Below are positions 1 through 18,071 of a DNA stretch of 64,000 nucleotides, in pieces. This DNA is from Bugula neritina (lineage: Eukaryota; Animalia; Bryozoa): positions 1,116,001 through 1,180,000 of the forward strand of contig OZ037770.1 in assembly GCA_964035545.1 (NCBI GenBank), in the 5' to 3' direction. Position 1 is the first letter of the stretch. Every line of letters starts with the position of its first letter. Made by a program: the position numbers and the translations under genes. Under the pieces are notes generated by a model. That model made no database searches and had not been told where the DNA came from. It saw nothing but the letters and a program-made list of their open reading frames with translations.

Positions 1-283
1 TAAAAGCAAAATAATAATAAACTTCAGAGCCAAAGAATCAAAGTAGTTAAAATCAGTTTTCAAAATAAAACATTTCAAATTTGATATGTTAATGAAAGCC
101 ACTTATACTGTTTACAACGCGTTTGTCGTTGTTTTAGTCATTGCTAAATAAACTTAATGCTGCCTTTCTTGTTTGAATAACATCATGATTTTAAGGTATT
201 TTAGGTTTACTCACATGTAAACATGTAAATATTTTGTTTGTTTGTTTTAGTGTGATTTAGTTTATAGCAACACCAACATTAAT

Positions 284-662
<379 letters not shown>

Positions 663-667
663 CTTAC

Positions 668-1285
668 CTTGTCTCATTTGACATCCTATAAATGCGTCTC
701 TTTTCTTCAACTCACGTGGATTCAACAGAATCTTCCTTTTTGCATAGAAAATTCAGATTTATATAAACAACTTAAAAGTTGTGTATAAAATAAAATTATT
801 TTTATTCCATAACAAAAAATGCTTTTTTCTTTTATCTACGTGGTCAGAGCATTGGTATGTTTTAGCACACTTGAGCTATAGTTTATTTGAGTGTTATAGC
901 TATAAACATTAAAGAATAAATAGTAGTAGCCATGCAGCAATCTACTGAATCAAAAATATCTCATTTTACTTTTGGATCATAACAAATAAAAATTCATTAT
1001 GAATGACTAATAGATACACTCATTATACAACTAAATCTATCAGTTATTAAAAACCACCAATCAGTGTTACTTAACTTACAGCAAATTCATCCTGTCATCA
1101 TTTTGTTCCAAGAAAGCTTCAGCACGTTCCTTCTCTACAATTTTAACACAAAATACATCTCAGAAACCGAATCAACTAGAAAACTTGAATGACAGTTTTA
1201 AAATAATTGTCAACTTACCAGAATTAATAGCCCTAGTAACATTGAGCATTAGAATAGATAATGTCATTAGAAGAAAGAACTTCAT
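668..1285 (-). CDS. Knottin precursor A (6-Cys group), partial: exon 4 lies just before position 1
   Basis: Exons 1285-1219, 1134-1080 and 735-668, GT-AG, phases 1/2/1, give [53 protein letters not shown]|[10 protein letters not shown]... It is a near-identical paralogue of gene B. Window position 1 aligns to B intron 3 (about 7631), so exon 4 is predicted roughly 70-155 nt outside the window. Confidence 0.85.
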
Positions 1286-1290
1286 GATGC

Positions 1291-1332
1291 CAAGTGCTTG
1301 TCAGGTGCTTGTCAGGTGCTTGCCAGGTGCTT
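1291..1332 (-). promoter_or_regulatory. Same E-box repeat, 4 copies, in the leader of gene A
   Basis: caagtgcttgt caggtgcttgt caggtgcttgc caggtgctt; TATA-like box at about 1351-1359. Confidence 0.6.
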
Positions 1333-4300
1333 AGGGACAGCACAGAGCAGGTTTATATATGCTACCTACTTAGTTAGAACGAGTTGTTAATTGATCAACT
1401 CTATTTATTTTATCAAATCACATATCAAATACACATAAGCTAGAAAATTCTAGTTTTTTAAGTCAACTATAAATGACAGTACAATATATATATATGTGAT
1501 TAGTAATTTTTATTATATATTTTAATTTCTGTATTGTCTATTGTTTTTTTTCAGTTTTTGAAGTGCGGAACTGTAAAACTTATTTGTTCATTTATTTTGT
1601 TGTTCTATTTTGTTTTGTTGTGGTATTTAAAACAATATTGTGAATGTACATAAATTAAAATTTACTTCTTTTGTATGACTATTGTGAGCTGACAACAATA
1701 TTGGCTGCAAAGTGCAACAATAATATATATTACACAATGCATTAAGTGTTTGCTGTAATCATTTGTTGTTTTCCAACCTAAATTATCATTTTGCAGTTTA
1801 AAGGTAACCTTTGTTTATCTTATTAAGCCTTACGGAATTAGCTGCTTTTACTTTTAATACTTAAAGAAATCCATTCAATCTATTTTAGGCAATTTCCTTT
1901 TAGTCAAGCAATAATATTTTACTTGATTATATTTTCTATAGCTGGCGACTCCTGGTAAAATAATTTTTGCAAAAACAGTAAACATTCATCTCATAAAGTT
2001 TTTCTGGAATTGTATAAAAAAATGTTATAAAATTGTAAAACTAAATGCTATAATTGTAGCGAAATCTATAAAGATCACAATAACAAAACAATAGAAGCCA
2101 TGCATTCGAAAACTAAATTTATTGAGACTTCACATAAGCTAGGAAAGCTTTTCCCTAATTCATCATAGCTTTTCATGTATACCATCACAGCTATTCTAGC
2201 TATATATTATGCTTTTTCCACATTCATTATGGCTACTACCCATGCAATAGCTAAGCTTTTTGACTGGTATAAAAACCCAGCATTTTTACTTGTATAAAAA
2301 CCCAGCATTTTTATTTATATCTTTACACTCGAGAGTTGCACATGCAACTTGCAACTACATGCACTTATATAACTGATGATGTAACCATTTTCACATTGCT
2401 ATTTTTTTCAGTCTGCAGCAATAAATATTTCTATAATTTAAAAAAACAACAAAAGTGAAGCAATTTTTTTATTTTATTGTTACTTTTTCCATGCATATAT
2501 TATAGGCCATCTCGTGATGTATATGGATAATTATGTTTTCAGATTTCAAGGTTACTTTGATATAGGCTATAATAAACACAATTCACCAAGAATCAGTAAA
2601 CCTCATCTCTAAAAACCACAATGAATAAACTGGAGAACACACTTGCTAAAGTTATTTTTAAAGATCAAGTGTTTCATTATCTATTAATAAGCAAAATTCT
2701 TTTTATTTTGCATGTAAAGCTATTGAACAATGAACGCAATATTTTTTAATGCTTGCAGTAAACAAAAAGATTTTTTAATATTTACAGCTTTAATTTATAG
2801 CAGTGCATTCAGACATGTTATAAAAATGTTAAATGTTGGTCAATTAATTTTGACTGAGCACCAAATCAATAAGGTTTCATTTTAACTCAATGAAATTATT
2901 TTTCTGGCCAAATCAACTATATTAGACTAAAATTTGTGATGGTAAATATGCTCATTAACTTTTATAATATATTTTATTCATTTGATGAGAGGTAAAGTAT
3001 TTTTATAAAAAAAAGATTTTTTCATCTATATATTGTTGAGCGAGGTTTCGTCACAAAAACTGTTTTGGTACGGACTCAGAAGATGATTCAATAAATCTCT
3101 CACATTTATTTAAATCGTAAAAACTATAACAATCAATAATACTATACATACATAATAATGGTGTAAAACTTATATGATACAAATAGCAATTGTTAAAATA
3201 TTAGCAGACATTAGGATATAATATTAAGATATAAAAGCAATAAAACTGCTCATAAAACACATAAAACATCATGTTAAAAATAGGGATAAATGATAATACC
3301 TTTTTAGTAGCTTTGTCACTTAACTTAACAAACACAGTAGGTAGCTCAGCTTAGGCTACATGAGTGACTGCCTTTTTGGAGTTTCTATGCTGCCTTAAAT
3401 ACCAGAGCAATCACTGTAGCTTCGCCACTAACTATAGATGAGTTGTACTGGTGTTGGTTTTCGTAACTTTATTTTTACGTATTCCAACTGCCATAAGAAA
3501 CTATAAAAGTAGGTTAATATATACAATTATAATAGGTTTTTAAAACAAAACGAACAACAATTATTTATGACATTGTAAAGTATTCAAACATATATGCGGA
3601 TTTTAGATTAATCACCTCTTGCCTTCTTTTAGTGGCTAGCTAGGGTGAGTTTGACTCTAGGAAATGACATTGTAGGTCTACTAAAAATATTAAAGTTTAT
3701 AATAAAAATGACAACAAATGATAACTGCCATAGACAAAGTTAATTAATTATCAGTTAAGACAAGTATTAGTGCATATTGTAACATAAACAAAGATTGAAC
3801 TTGTATTAAAAGTTGACTTGAATTATTAGTTGCAGTAAATTACTGATATGAGTAAAAGTAAAACTTTAAGCTACAAATTAGGATTCTATCCTGTGACAAT
3901 CTGATCAATAACTGGAGAGCCTGTCTTAAGAAATTGTAATTTTATGAGAAATCTATTATAAAGTAAACACATAGCTATGAATTTTATCATGAACCGACCA
4001 CACCGGTATTTCAAACTTGTTAAACTCCTAAACATGTTAAATAAACCAAATATTTATTATTTAGTTGAAATAGATAAACAATACTTAAGGAAAGCTTCAA
4101 ATCATACAAATACTGAAAAACAAAACTAACCTGTGCCTCTTGAAGTTAATTCCAATTCAAATTCATTTATATTTTGCTAATTATATCATTAAAATTTATT
4201 GTTATTTATGCGATGGAACTTGCATTGCTAGCGGCTACTATTCTACTAACTGTAGGGTCAACGTCTGCACTGAAACATCCGGGCTGCCAAGACGTAAAGC

Positions 4301-7300
4301 TACAGCCAATGGGCGAGGGCGTGCTGTTATCTAATTAATGAATTGACAACTATTGCAGTCGTTGCGTTGCGTATATAGGCAAGAATCACGTGACGTGATC
4401 ATCTATTTGAGTAGAACGTTGCGCTAAGCGCAACGTTGAATGCTTAATAAACTGTTGGATATTCATTCCGTTATTCTGCTTTTACAACTTGAAATAATTA
4501 TGTTCTAGAGTATATGTGATAACTTTACAATCACAGAGAAAAGGTAATCAAATTATTAGTAACAATTATAGGGTCACCTAATAAGGGGACACATGCGATG
4601 ACCTCACAAAGGAAGCTGACTTCAACAAAGGTGGTGGTTAGGTTTTATCTATTATTAGGCAGCTGACTGCTGCATAGGAGAATAAACTATCTAATATTCT
4701 CTTTAAAAGGCTAAAAATAAAAGTTCAACAATCCAGCGGTATTTGTAACAAAGGCCATATGTTAACTCTTTGTTTAATTCTTTACATATATTATAGTAAC
4801 ATAATTTATTGTATACCCTTGCATTGGTTATATAATTATTAGCTTTTTTAAATTTGCAGCATGGTTCATCAAGCTTTTATATAGCTGCAAATAATTTATA
4901 TAACATGTGCTCTGAAAAAGCATTCAAATATCAAAAATTGTTAAAATTCTCCGATATCATATTTGTCAAAATCTTTAGATGCTATAATATTTCTTTTCAA
5001 AAGATTTGCATTTATTTATAACTATAATAAATAGCAACAAAAGCCTGTTGAATTAAATCATGTATCTACTGTGACATATTATAGGTTCTTACTTTTTTTA
5101 AGCTTTACCTTGTAATAGCCTACTGTTATTACGGTTGGTTGTCACATGAAGCTTAATGAGTTTAAAAAATAGTTGCCATGGTAATTTTTATTACTGTTAG
5201 TTATGAGCGATAATTATTCCACCAAATTTCAATGTTGTTCAAAAGCTGTCTATATTCTAGCTTATGGGCTATATATTAATTAATTGTTTGTAAAAGTATG
5301 AAATTTTTAGATAGATACAGGGTTTTTTGCCTTTCTGATAAAAGAGGTACATTTATTGTATTTTTGTACCATTATAATATATATGAAGTGCAAATTTTTT
5401 CAACATTTTTAGGTTGAGCATACAATTCTTTGTTTGCAACACTTAACGTTGATTAACAATATTACTTTATATTACACTAAATATGCTCATTATGAATTTA
5501 AATTACTTTATAACTGTTGATTTTTGTTTCATTTTTCAAGTGGGTCTATAAAACACAATTTGTCACATTTGTTTTAATAGCATTCTATTTTTTAAAGGCA
5601 GTTATTATTTAATTGTGTACTATAACTGGCACAATTATAGCGTTTCCTGTTGGTATCCGTTCTGCTATTGTACTGCAAAGTCTGCTGCTTTGTTTTATCT
5701 AGTCACTTTATTTTATTTTATTTGTAGTTTATTATTTATTCAAACAATAGTTGGCATAATATTTCAACGATTTTTGTGAATTGAGACAATTTTGATACAA
5801 TTTGACTGAAAGAAAAATGCAAAATATGCTTATTTAATGCAATATGCTTATAATTCAATACGGTTATAATAGTTATGATATAAAATTCTTTAAGATAACT
5901 ATAACATGTTATAGATAGTGCCTAAATACATTAACTTCATGCATTAATTTTAGTTGTTATATATATATATATATATATATAAAAAGTGAAATATATTATT
6001 GCTATATTATGTTGCTGCACAGTAGAGAAAATATTAGTATACACAATAATCAAAATATTTCATAAGAACAGAAAATATATGTGCAGGTATACAGCAGCAA
6101 TATCCTGTTATATCTTGTTATGCTCATGCAAATGTTCAACTTTAATAGTGAATATTACACACCAGCATAATACACATGCATATTACACACAAATTATTCA
6201 CAACAGCTATTGCAGTTATTAGCGTAAAACAAAAAAATGTTTTGAATTATTAAATTATTTTGAGTATCGGGCTCATTTTTTATTATAGGTTCTATTTGTT
6301 TAAATATGTTTTTAAAAAAAATATGCCAAATGTGTACAATTTCATTTTTTACAAAGCTAGTTTCTTTGTAATGTATTTTAAAATTACGATTTATGTCATC
6401 TTTCAGTTTTCTTTTATTTCTTTTACTTGGTTGTTTTAAAATCTTGTCTCTTTACCAAAAAATTAAAATACATTTTGAAGATGCATCCTAGCTCAAAATG
6501 TATTTCAATTTTTCAGCAGCTAAAGTTCATTAAAGTTGATTTACAGTACCAATATCATGATGACTGCAGGTATTGGTACTTTAGGCTTTTAGGGATATCC
6601 TTAAGAAAGCCCCTAATACCTTTTTGCAAAAAATATAAAATATATATATATATATAAAATCACTATTATATATAAATGAAGTACATTGTTTCATGTCTCT
6701 AACAGCTTGGTGGCTTCTGAGACGTGATGAATGCAATGGGAATGGTCTGTGGCAGACAGGGAGATGGAGGAGAGTGGCTCCTCTAAAGATATGCAGACAC
6801 ATGCCTATCATTCATACATAACTCGTTGTGCTTCTGGTGTCAATATTTATGTTTCTTGTTATATAATATTTTACTGCTTTTCTGCTATATTCAATTATCT
6901 TTGCTTACTTTGCTGTTCTGTTTCAGAGTTATATATTATACATATCATACATGTATAGTGACAATATCATTAGTATTTTTATTTGCAGTTTTTTTTAAAT
7001 GAGGCGAATGGACTTTTAAAAGCTGTTAATAGCCTACTAATTGAAAGATATATTATAGATATTGTCTCGATCAGTGCTATACATTATGACTATCTTACTG
7101 CTTATCTGTCAACACTCTTTCTATATTCATCTGTTCTTCAAAGCAAACTCAAAAATATATGCTTTGTGCAAAAAAATTATTTCAACAGCTGGAAAGAAAA
7201 GAATCTGTCGAAGTTGAAAAATTGTCTTTTATTTATTAACAACTTAACTTAAACTTTCATTCATCAAAAATACATAAAAATAATTTTTGAATTTAAATAA

Positions 7301-7474
7301 AATAAAATTCAAGTTCAAAATTACATTAGCTAATTACTTAAACAAAAATGTTTGCTAAAGCCATAAATTACTGGTCTTTACAGAAAACTTTTATGGTTTC
7401 ATCCGTGTTGTATTGTCTCCAATGAAGTTGTATTGAGTTATTATTCACTTTATTGTGAGTTTACTGATAGTCAC

Positions 7475-8696
<1,222 letters not shown>

Positions 8697-8701
8697 GATG
8701 C

Positions 8702-8784
8702 CAAGTGCTTGTCAGGTGCTTGTCAAGTGCTTGTCAGGTGCTTGTTAGGTGCTTGTCAGGTGCTTGTCAGGTGCTTGTCAGGTG
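8702..8784 (-). promoter_or_regulatory. 11-bp tandem E-box repeat (CAGGTGCTTGT, about 8 copies) between TATA box and ATG of gene B
   Basis: Directly visible. TATA-like TATATAAAA on the minus strand at about 8809-8817. The related motif precedes all 10 knottin start codons. Confidence 0.6.
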
Positions 8785-10224
8785 TCTAGTGACACTATAT
8801 AGAGCTGGTTTTATATATGCTACCTACTTAGTTAGAACGAGTTGTTAATTGGTCAACTATATTTATTTTATCCAATCGCATATCAAATACACTTAAGGTA
8901 GAACATTCCAATATTTTAAATCAACTATAAATAACAATATGTGATTATAGTAATGTTTATAAAATTAATTCTATTATATTTCTCAATTTCTGTATATTGT
9001 TTATTGTTTTTTTCAGGTTTTTAAGTGTCAAATTGTAAAACATATTTGTTCATCTATTTTGTTGCTCATTTTTGTTCTGTTGTGGTATTCAAAATAATAT
9101 TGTGAATGTACATAAATTAGAATTTGATATTTTTGTATGACGATTGTAAATTGACAACAATATTGGCTGCAAAGTGCAATAATAATCTATATTACAGAAT
9201 ACAATAATTAATGTTTGTTGTAATCATTTGTTGGTTTCCAACCCAAATTATCATTTTATGGTTCAAAGTATTAGTATATACATGACAACAATAAAAATAT
9301 TTTAAAAGAACAAAAATTATATATAAGCGCAAGTAGTATAGCAATATCCTGTTATATTTTTATGAAACTCATGCCAATGCAATTTATGTGATTATAGCAA
9401 CTTTAGAATTGAATATTATAGATGCACAACAGATATTGCAGTTATTAGCATAAAACAAACAAAATATTCTGAATTATTAAATTATTTTGAGTAGCGGGTT
9501 CATCTTTTATTATAGGGTCTATTTGTTTATAAATATGTTTTTAAAAAAGATATGCCAAACGGGTACAATTTCCTTTTTGTACAAAGTCAATTTCTTTGTA
9601 ATATATTTTAAAATTACGCTTCATGTTATATTTTAGTTTTTTTACTTCAAATGCTAAGTTGGTTGTTTCAAAATTTTGTCTTTTTACCAAAGAATTGAAA
9701 TAACTTTTGAGGATGCATCCTCAAAAGTTATTATTCAATTCTTTAGCAACTGAAACACATTAAAGTTGATTTACAATATATAAATCTTATGATGAATGCA
9801 GTGCGGACCAGGTATTAGTACTTTAAGCTTATTTTAGGGATATTCTTATGGGAGCCCCTATAGTATTATATGAGATTTTTTGGTTTGTCCCAGATCTGAG
9901 ATAGATGGAATTGGGAGCTTCAAGCAAAGACGTATTTGCAGTTGCTATCAACTGCCAATCTTTTAAGTTCTACTTATGGCTTTAAACTACGACTTGAATG
10001 ATATTGGCTTCTAACAAAGTATACATGGCACACTATATATAGGCTAGCACTCGAACTGCTTTGCTATACGACAGTTCTTTTTAATTGTAAGCCAATCAAA
10101 AGCCTGCAATATTGAACTGGTTGCATATAAAAGAAAGCATGATGTTCAACTATTTATGTTGCTGTGACATCGGTAAACCTCTTACCAGTCACTTGACAAG
10201 CACTTGCTTACACTAGGCAGTAAG

Positions 10225-11228
10225 ATGAAGTACCTGCTTCTAGGGACACTATTTCTTACACACAATCTCCTGGCTACCCATGCATTTGGTAAGTTGACTG
10301 TAGATTTTATTGACCTCTGCTTTGATTTCTGAATTTTCAGGCTATAACCACACTTTTGATTATGTTGCAGTTCCTTTGAAAATATTTCAAGTGACCGATC
10401 CCTCTTCCTATGAGGAGAATGATCATGGTCTTGACATGCTGTACGTTATATAAGTTATATATACTATATTATAGCAGATTTTTTTCAAAGTGTTTTTGAA
10501 AAGTTTAACACTCAATCAACTTCATCAGCTTAAATTTTGATATACATAGCAGCTCATAAAGAGTATTAATATAACATGCCAAATATTTTCTGCCATTCAT
10601 ATTATTTCAAAGAAGTGATACATTAAACAATGTAATTTAATACATCTCCTAATGTGTTAGCTAAGTTATATTAAATGAATGCGTATTAAATATATTAATA
10701 ACTGAATTTAATTGTTAAGTATGTTTGAAATAAATTTGCTCAAAAAAAACTTTTCATTACCAGGAAAAGTTACCTATTTGGTTCAAAGAATTTAAACAAA
10801 CGAAACTATTATGGCTGCAAAGGAAGATGGGGTAAGCTTTTGAATTTGAATAGACACAGATTTCGAAATGACTAGTTTTAATGATATGTCATATGAATAG
10901 TTGACCTAATAACTAAATATCTAACACTGTGGTCTAGTAATTAGAAGACTGGACAGAGTATAAGGCTCGAATTGCGACGTGAATTAAGATCATTATTGCT
11001 CATGAAGCCTACTTAAATACAATCTTAGTCTGTTTGGAGACCTAAATTCTGCCAAATAATCATAAAAACCTCATTTTTTTTATTCTGTTTACTTAAAGCA
11101 ACCAGTCTTTTACAACACTTGTTTCATGATTATTTATAGAAAGCTGTCATTATAAATACGAGTGCTGTGAGAAAGGATCAATCTGTACTGGTTACGGGGC
11201 GTGTAACCTCCCGTCTCCTTCCTCATAG
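10225..11228 (+). CDS. Knottin precursor C, 96 aa, 6-Cys ICK-type
   Basis: Exons 10225-10288, 10371-10440, 10764-10831 and 11140-11228: MKYLLLGTLFLTHNLLATHAFVPLKIFQVTDPSSYEENDHGLDMLKSYLFGSKNLNKR|NYYGCKGRWESCHYKYECCEKGSICTGYGACNLPSPSS*. CCAAT near 10092 and TATAAAA at 10126-10132 upstream. Confidence 0.92.
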
Positions 11229-12971
11229 AAACTGAGACTTGTGAACACCTACTTCAATTCAACCAGTTCAAAATTTGTTTTTTACTGCATTGCATTTTAA
11301 CGCTCAGCAGAATAGGTTTATATAAAATCATCATTAGAAATGTATTCAGTCATTTAGCTTATTTGCAGTGACTTTTAAATCATTGTTATATCCCTTGTTT
11401 GAAATGCTCTCCTTTTGGTATATATGCATGTGACAGGCTATAAAAATGATGAATAAAATGTTGCTTATTGACAGCATACATCTTTTTGATTTTACAATTA
11501 TTCTTTCAGCTGGGAATCTTGAAGTTACTTTCATAAAACACAATTGTCCATTTTATTCCATATAAGATAAAGAGATGCTGATATACATATACATGCAGAT
11601 ATAAATAAATGTGATTATATAAATACTTTTAATTGATTTTGGGAATAATATTTCTTTGTAAAATATATTTTAAATCTAAACCTGCAATAAAAAATACAAT
11701 TTTGTAGCCAATTGAATTGTAACATATAATATTGTCAGTTAATGATTAAAGTTTTCTTCTCCTGCTCACAATTTAGTGAAGTAGGGCAACTCCAACCTCA
11801 TAACTAATTTATCTCAACCAGTACACAATAGATCATGCTATATGATATCTTTAGGTATTTAAGACATTGAGCTGTTTAGATTCTGCATGTTTTTTTTTAA
11901 GTAAAATACATACATATAAGCTGCAATAAATATTAGATGGTAAAAATTTGACTTGGAACAAAATTTTGATATTATATATACATTTGAGCATATATTGGCA
12001 TAGTTTAATATAAAGTTATTAATATATACATAATATAACCAATTGTTTTAAATTTCATAAAAACTTGTCTCAGATGCTCAACAGAATTTAACAGTTGAAT
12101 AAAATTTAAAAATAATTAAAAAGAAAACATACAGAATAAATTTATAGTATTTGGTTAGCAAAAGTTGATTAAAAATCATAATGTTTCTGTATAAAGATAG
12201 GATAACTTTAAAGATTAGTATGTGATTGTAAGGAACAAAATTCGACTCAAACTTATATCCATCAAATGACTTGGCTATCGTTCTCAAGCAGTTGATTGAA
12301 CAATATCAGTAGCAGCATTATCTGCAGTAACACATCTTGAACTAAAAAAGCGCAATAATTGTTTTAAGTATTGCTAAAAGCGCTCCACTTTGCAAAATCA
12401 ACTTGGAGATTTTTTCAACTTGTGATAATACTGTAACTAGGAAACATGACACGATGCTGCACTAGTAAACAATGAAAGTATTGAAGTTTATTTCTACTCT
12501 CTACATCACCCAGTTTGTTTATGTGAGATAAATTTATCAACGTAATGTTATATGATAATTTTTCATCTCAAATAATTTTAGAATTATATATTTGCAAAAA
12601 ATTCTTTGAATATATAATTCATTTAATTCAAACCTAAAATTCAACTCCTATTAGCAAATCAAAAGATATATAGCATAAAAGTTAATTCAATAATATTTTT
12701 GTTGATCAAACTCATGTCATTGAATAATTATATAGGCTACCGGATGGAGTAAGATAACTCCAACATTATTATCTTATCTCACAGTCATCAGTCATTTTAC
12801 ATGCTATAATTATATTAGATCATCTAAGTTTTATTTTTATTTTGGCAGTTTCTATTTAGTGTTTGCATCAGCAACAGTGACTTTAACTAGAATTGAGCAA
12901 TCATGATTCACAACCTGCAAGCACCTGCAAGCACTTGAAAGCATCTGAAAGCAGCCTGCAAAAACATCAAA

Positions 12972-15661
<2,690 letters not shown>

Positions 15662-16625
15662 TAAATTATCAATTCATATATTCTAACATCTATATATGGC
15701 CTGTGGCGTCTAAGACATACATTTTCTGAAATACCATTTACTGTCGCCGACTCCAATTTATTTGACAAAAGAATGAAATCCATTTCAAAAAGCAAAAACA
15801 GATGTTTTGGAAATTTTACAAGAGTAGCATGACATTCAAATAAGTATATATTGTTTTGAGTTGGTTCTAAAAGCATTGACTGGCTTCTGATTCTAATCTG
15901 TAATTGCCTGATGTTACTTATACAAGCCTATTTGTCTCACCTATATGCATATAAAAATCATTCTACAATATTTTGAAAAATAAAGATCAAAAGTTAAAAA
16001 AGTTTCAAAATTCGTTAAATTTAACACTTGTTAGTACATGATTTCAACTGTGTGTAAAAAAAGTTAAGACAGTTTTGCAACAATTAAGTGCAATTTCATT
16101 GCTATACTCATACTGCCAAACCAAATTCCTGGTAAAGATTTGATGCATAGAAACAGCAGCAAAGTGGCTGCTTTCAAACTGTCAATTGCACCATTTTTAC
16201 TATTAAATATGCCTTTTCAATGCCAAATTGTTACTTTACTGCGTCAACTCCTCAACACTCACTGCTATAGTGAAGTTTTTTAAACTGAATGAGAATTGCG
16301 TCTCTTGCTGTCATCATGGCTTGAGGGCTTTCAAAATAGCACAAGAGTAAGTATGGTGTTATTAAATGAGCCTGCTAAAATCTGGACCATTGATCTAGCT
16401 CACACTTTGCAATGGTCTCTAACCACTAGACAATCAATGTTCTTTCCTATAGTTATATATATGCCATTATTAAAGTTGTAGCAAAATAAAATGTTTTGAT
16501 GCTAGAAAGGGAACAAATTTACTTATCTGATTTTGATATTAATTATTTACGCAACTGACTATTGAAAAGCCATAACAATCATTGAAGTTATCTATCCATG
16601 CAGTTTCTTCTTGATTACTGCATCA

Positions 16626-16796
16626 CTACATACATACACACATACACATGTGTAGTGAGTGTGTGAATGCACTCTCACACACACGCAGACACTCACACGC
16701 ACACACACACGCAAACACACACACACACACACAGCACACACACGCACACGCACACACGCACACACAAACGCAGGCACACATACACACACACACTCA

Positions 16797-16827
<31 letters not shown>

Positions 16828-16876
16828 GAACAAACGCACACACACGCACACACACAACACACACACACACACACAC
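16626..16876. repeat. (CA)n-rich microsatellite
   Basis: Directly visible. Confidence 0.9.
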
Positions 16877-16999
16877 CTCAGATTAACTTTTAATTTTCAG
16901 ATATTAATTGAGATGCATTAATTAGCTGCTAAACAGCATCATTGTAGTATACTGAACTAGATTTCTGATTGGCTAAACAAGCTACGCATAAAACATACT

Positions 17000-17135
17000 G
17001 AGTTTATATAAATGCGTCCCTCAAAGCTATATTATGACTCACACACAAAGCACCTGGTGAGCATCAGAAATTGAAGCACTTGTTTTTACTGTCACCTATT
17101 CTTTCTGATTAACATTGCATAAGGGAATTCATTAA
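17000..17135 (+). pseudogene. Probable relic promoter and dead exon 1 of a knottin gene
   Basis: TTATATAAA near 17004 and AAGCACCTG leader motif near 17048. Then TTG-AAG-CAC-TTG-TTT-TTA-CTG-TCA from 17071 resembles [16 protein letters not shown], but with lost ATG, a frameshift, a stop and a lost GT donor. No downstream exons recognised. Confidence 0.4.
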
Positions 17136-18071
17136 GTATTATCATTTTTGAGTCAATTATTACAATTCAAGGTATACTAGCGCACAGCTTTGTAATGATG
17201 ATTAATAATTCTACGTAAATATAACCTGGATAAGGTTTTACTTTGTCAGTAAAACTTAAGACTTAATGAGACATGTTGACTCTGGGGTGGAAACTATATG
17301 ATGTCATATGATCAACTATTATAGAAGCCACAGTAGTATTAATTAGTATTGACTGGCAGGTGAGAAATCCTATTATATTTTATATATTTTTTTCAAAACA
17401 AAGTGCTATTACTATAAAAACTGTATTTTCTTAAAGCACTGGAAAAAAAAAATAAAATAATTGTGACCATATAGAGTGAAGAAATAATAATGACTAAATT
17501 TAATGTAACAGAGCGTTGCAGGAGCTTTTTTGTGTAACTAAAGCTTTTTGCATATAAAGCGTTAAAATGATATTTTTACTGGTAGTTTTTGAGTCAGTTT
17601 AGCTCAATTTTCCTCATGGTAAAGATGCCAGCAACTTAAACTTCATTGTCCAAATTATTGTCCAATCATAAGTATATGCTCATATAAGACGTTGAAAAAT
17701 GGCATATGTTTGAGCTGTGATTTTAATTAAAGTTTATTGCAAGATTAATTTGAAGACAAGTTATAGTTATAACAGATTATTTTCAGACATCTGCTAAACA
17801 GAGGTTGGCTAGTTTCTTATGCTTTATTATTATATATTTTAACAGAAAATGACATGACAACAGTTAAAAAATGCACAAACACAATATGTTAGAGCAGAGA
17901 AAAGATTAATTATACATAAAATGTCTTCGCATGTATAACATTTAGGTCAAATAAAGTTGTTGATATTAAGCTTTTGCGTACGTATTAAATATTTTCACCT
18001 TTAGAAGAAATTGTTTGCAGGGTTGGATTAAGTAGGTTTTAGTTACTCTCGAATAGCCAGGACACGACGTA

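Noticed and set aside
6700-6850. GC-richer exon-like segment after a CAG acceptor (ORF 6731-6958)
   Set aside because: No recognisable domain, no partner exons and no knottin Cys pattern in any frame I read.
8702-8784. CRISPR-like array
   Set aside because: Head-to-tail 11-mers with no spacers, in eukaryotic DNA, with no cas genes.
16592-16921. His/Thr- and Cys/Val-rich ORFs
   Set aside because: Artefacts of the (CA)n repeat; no splice or compositional support.
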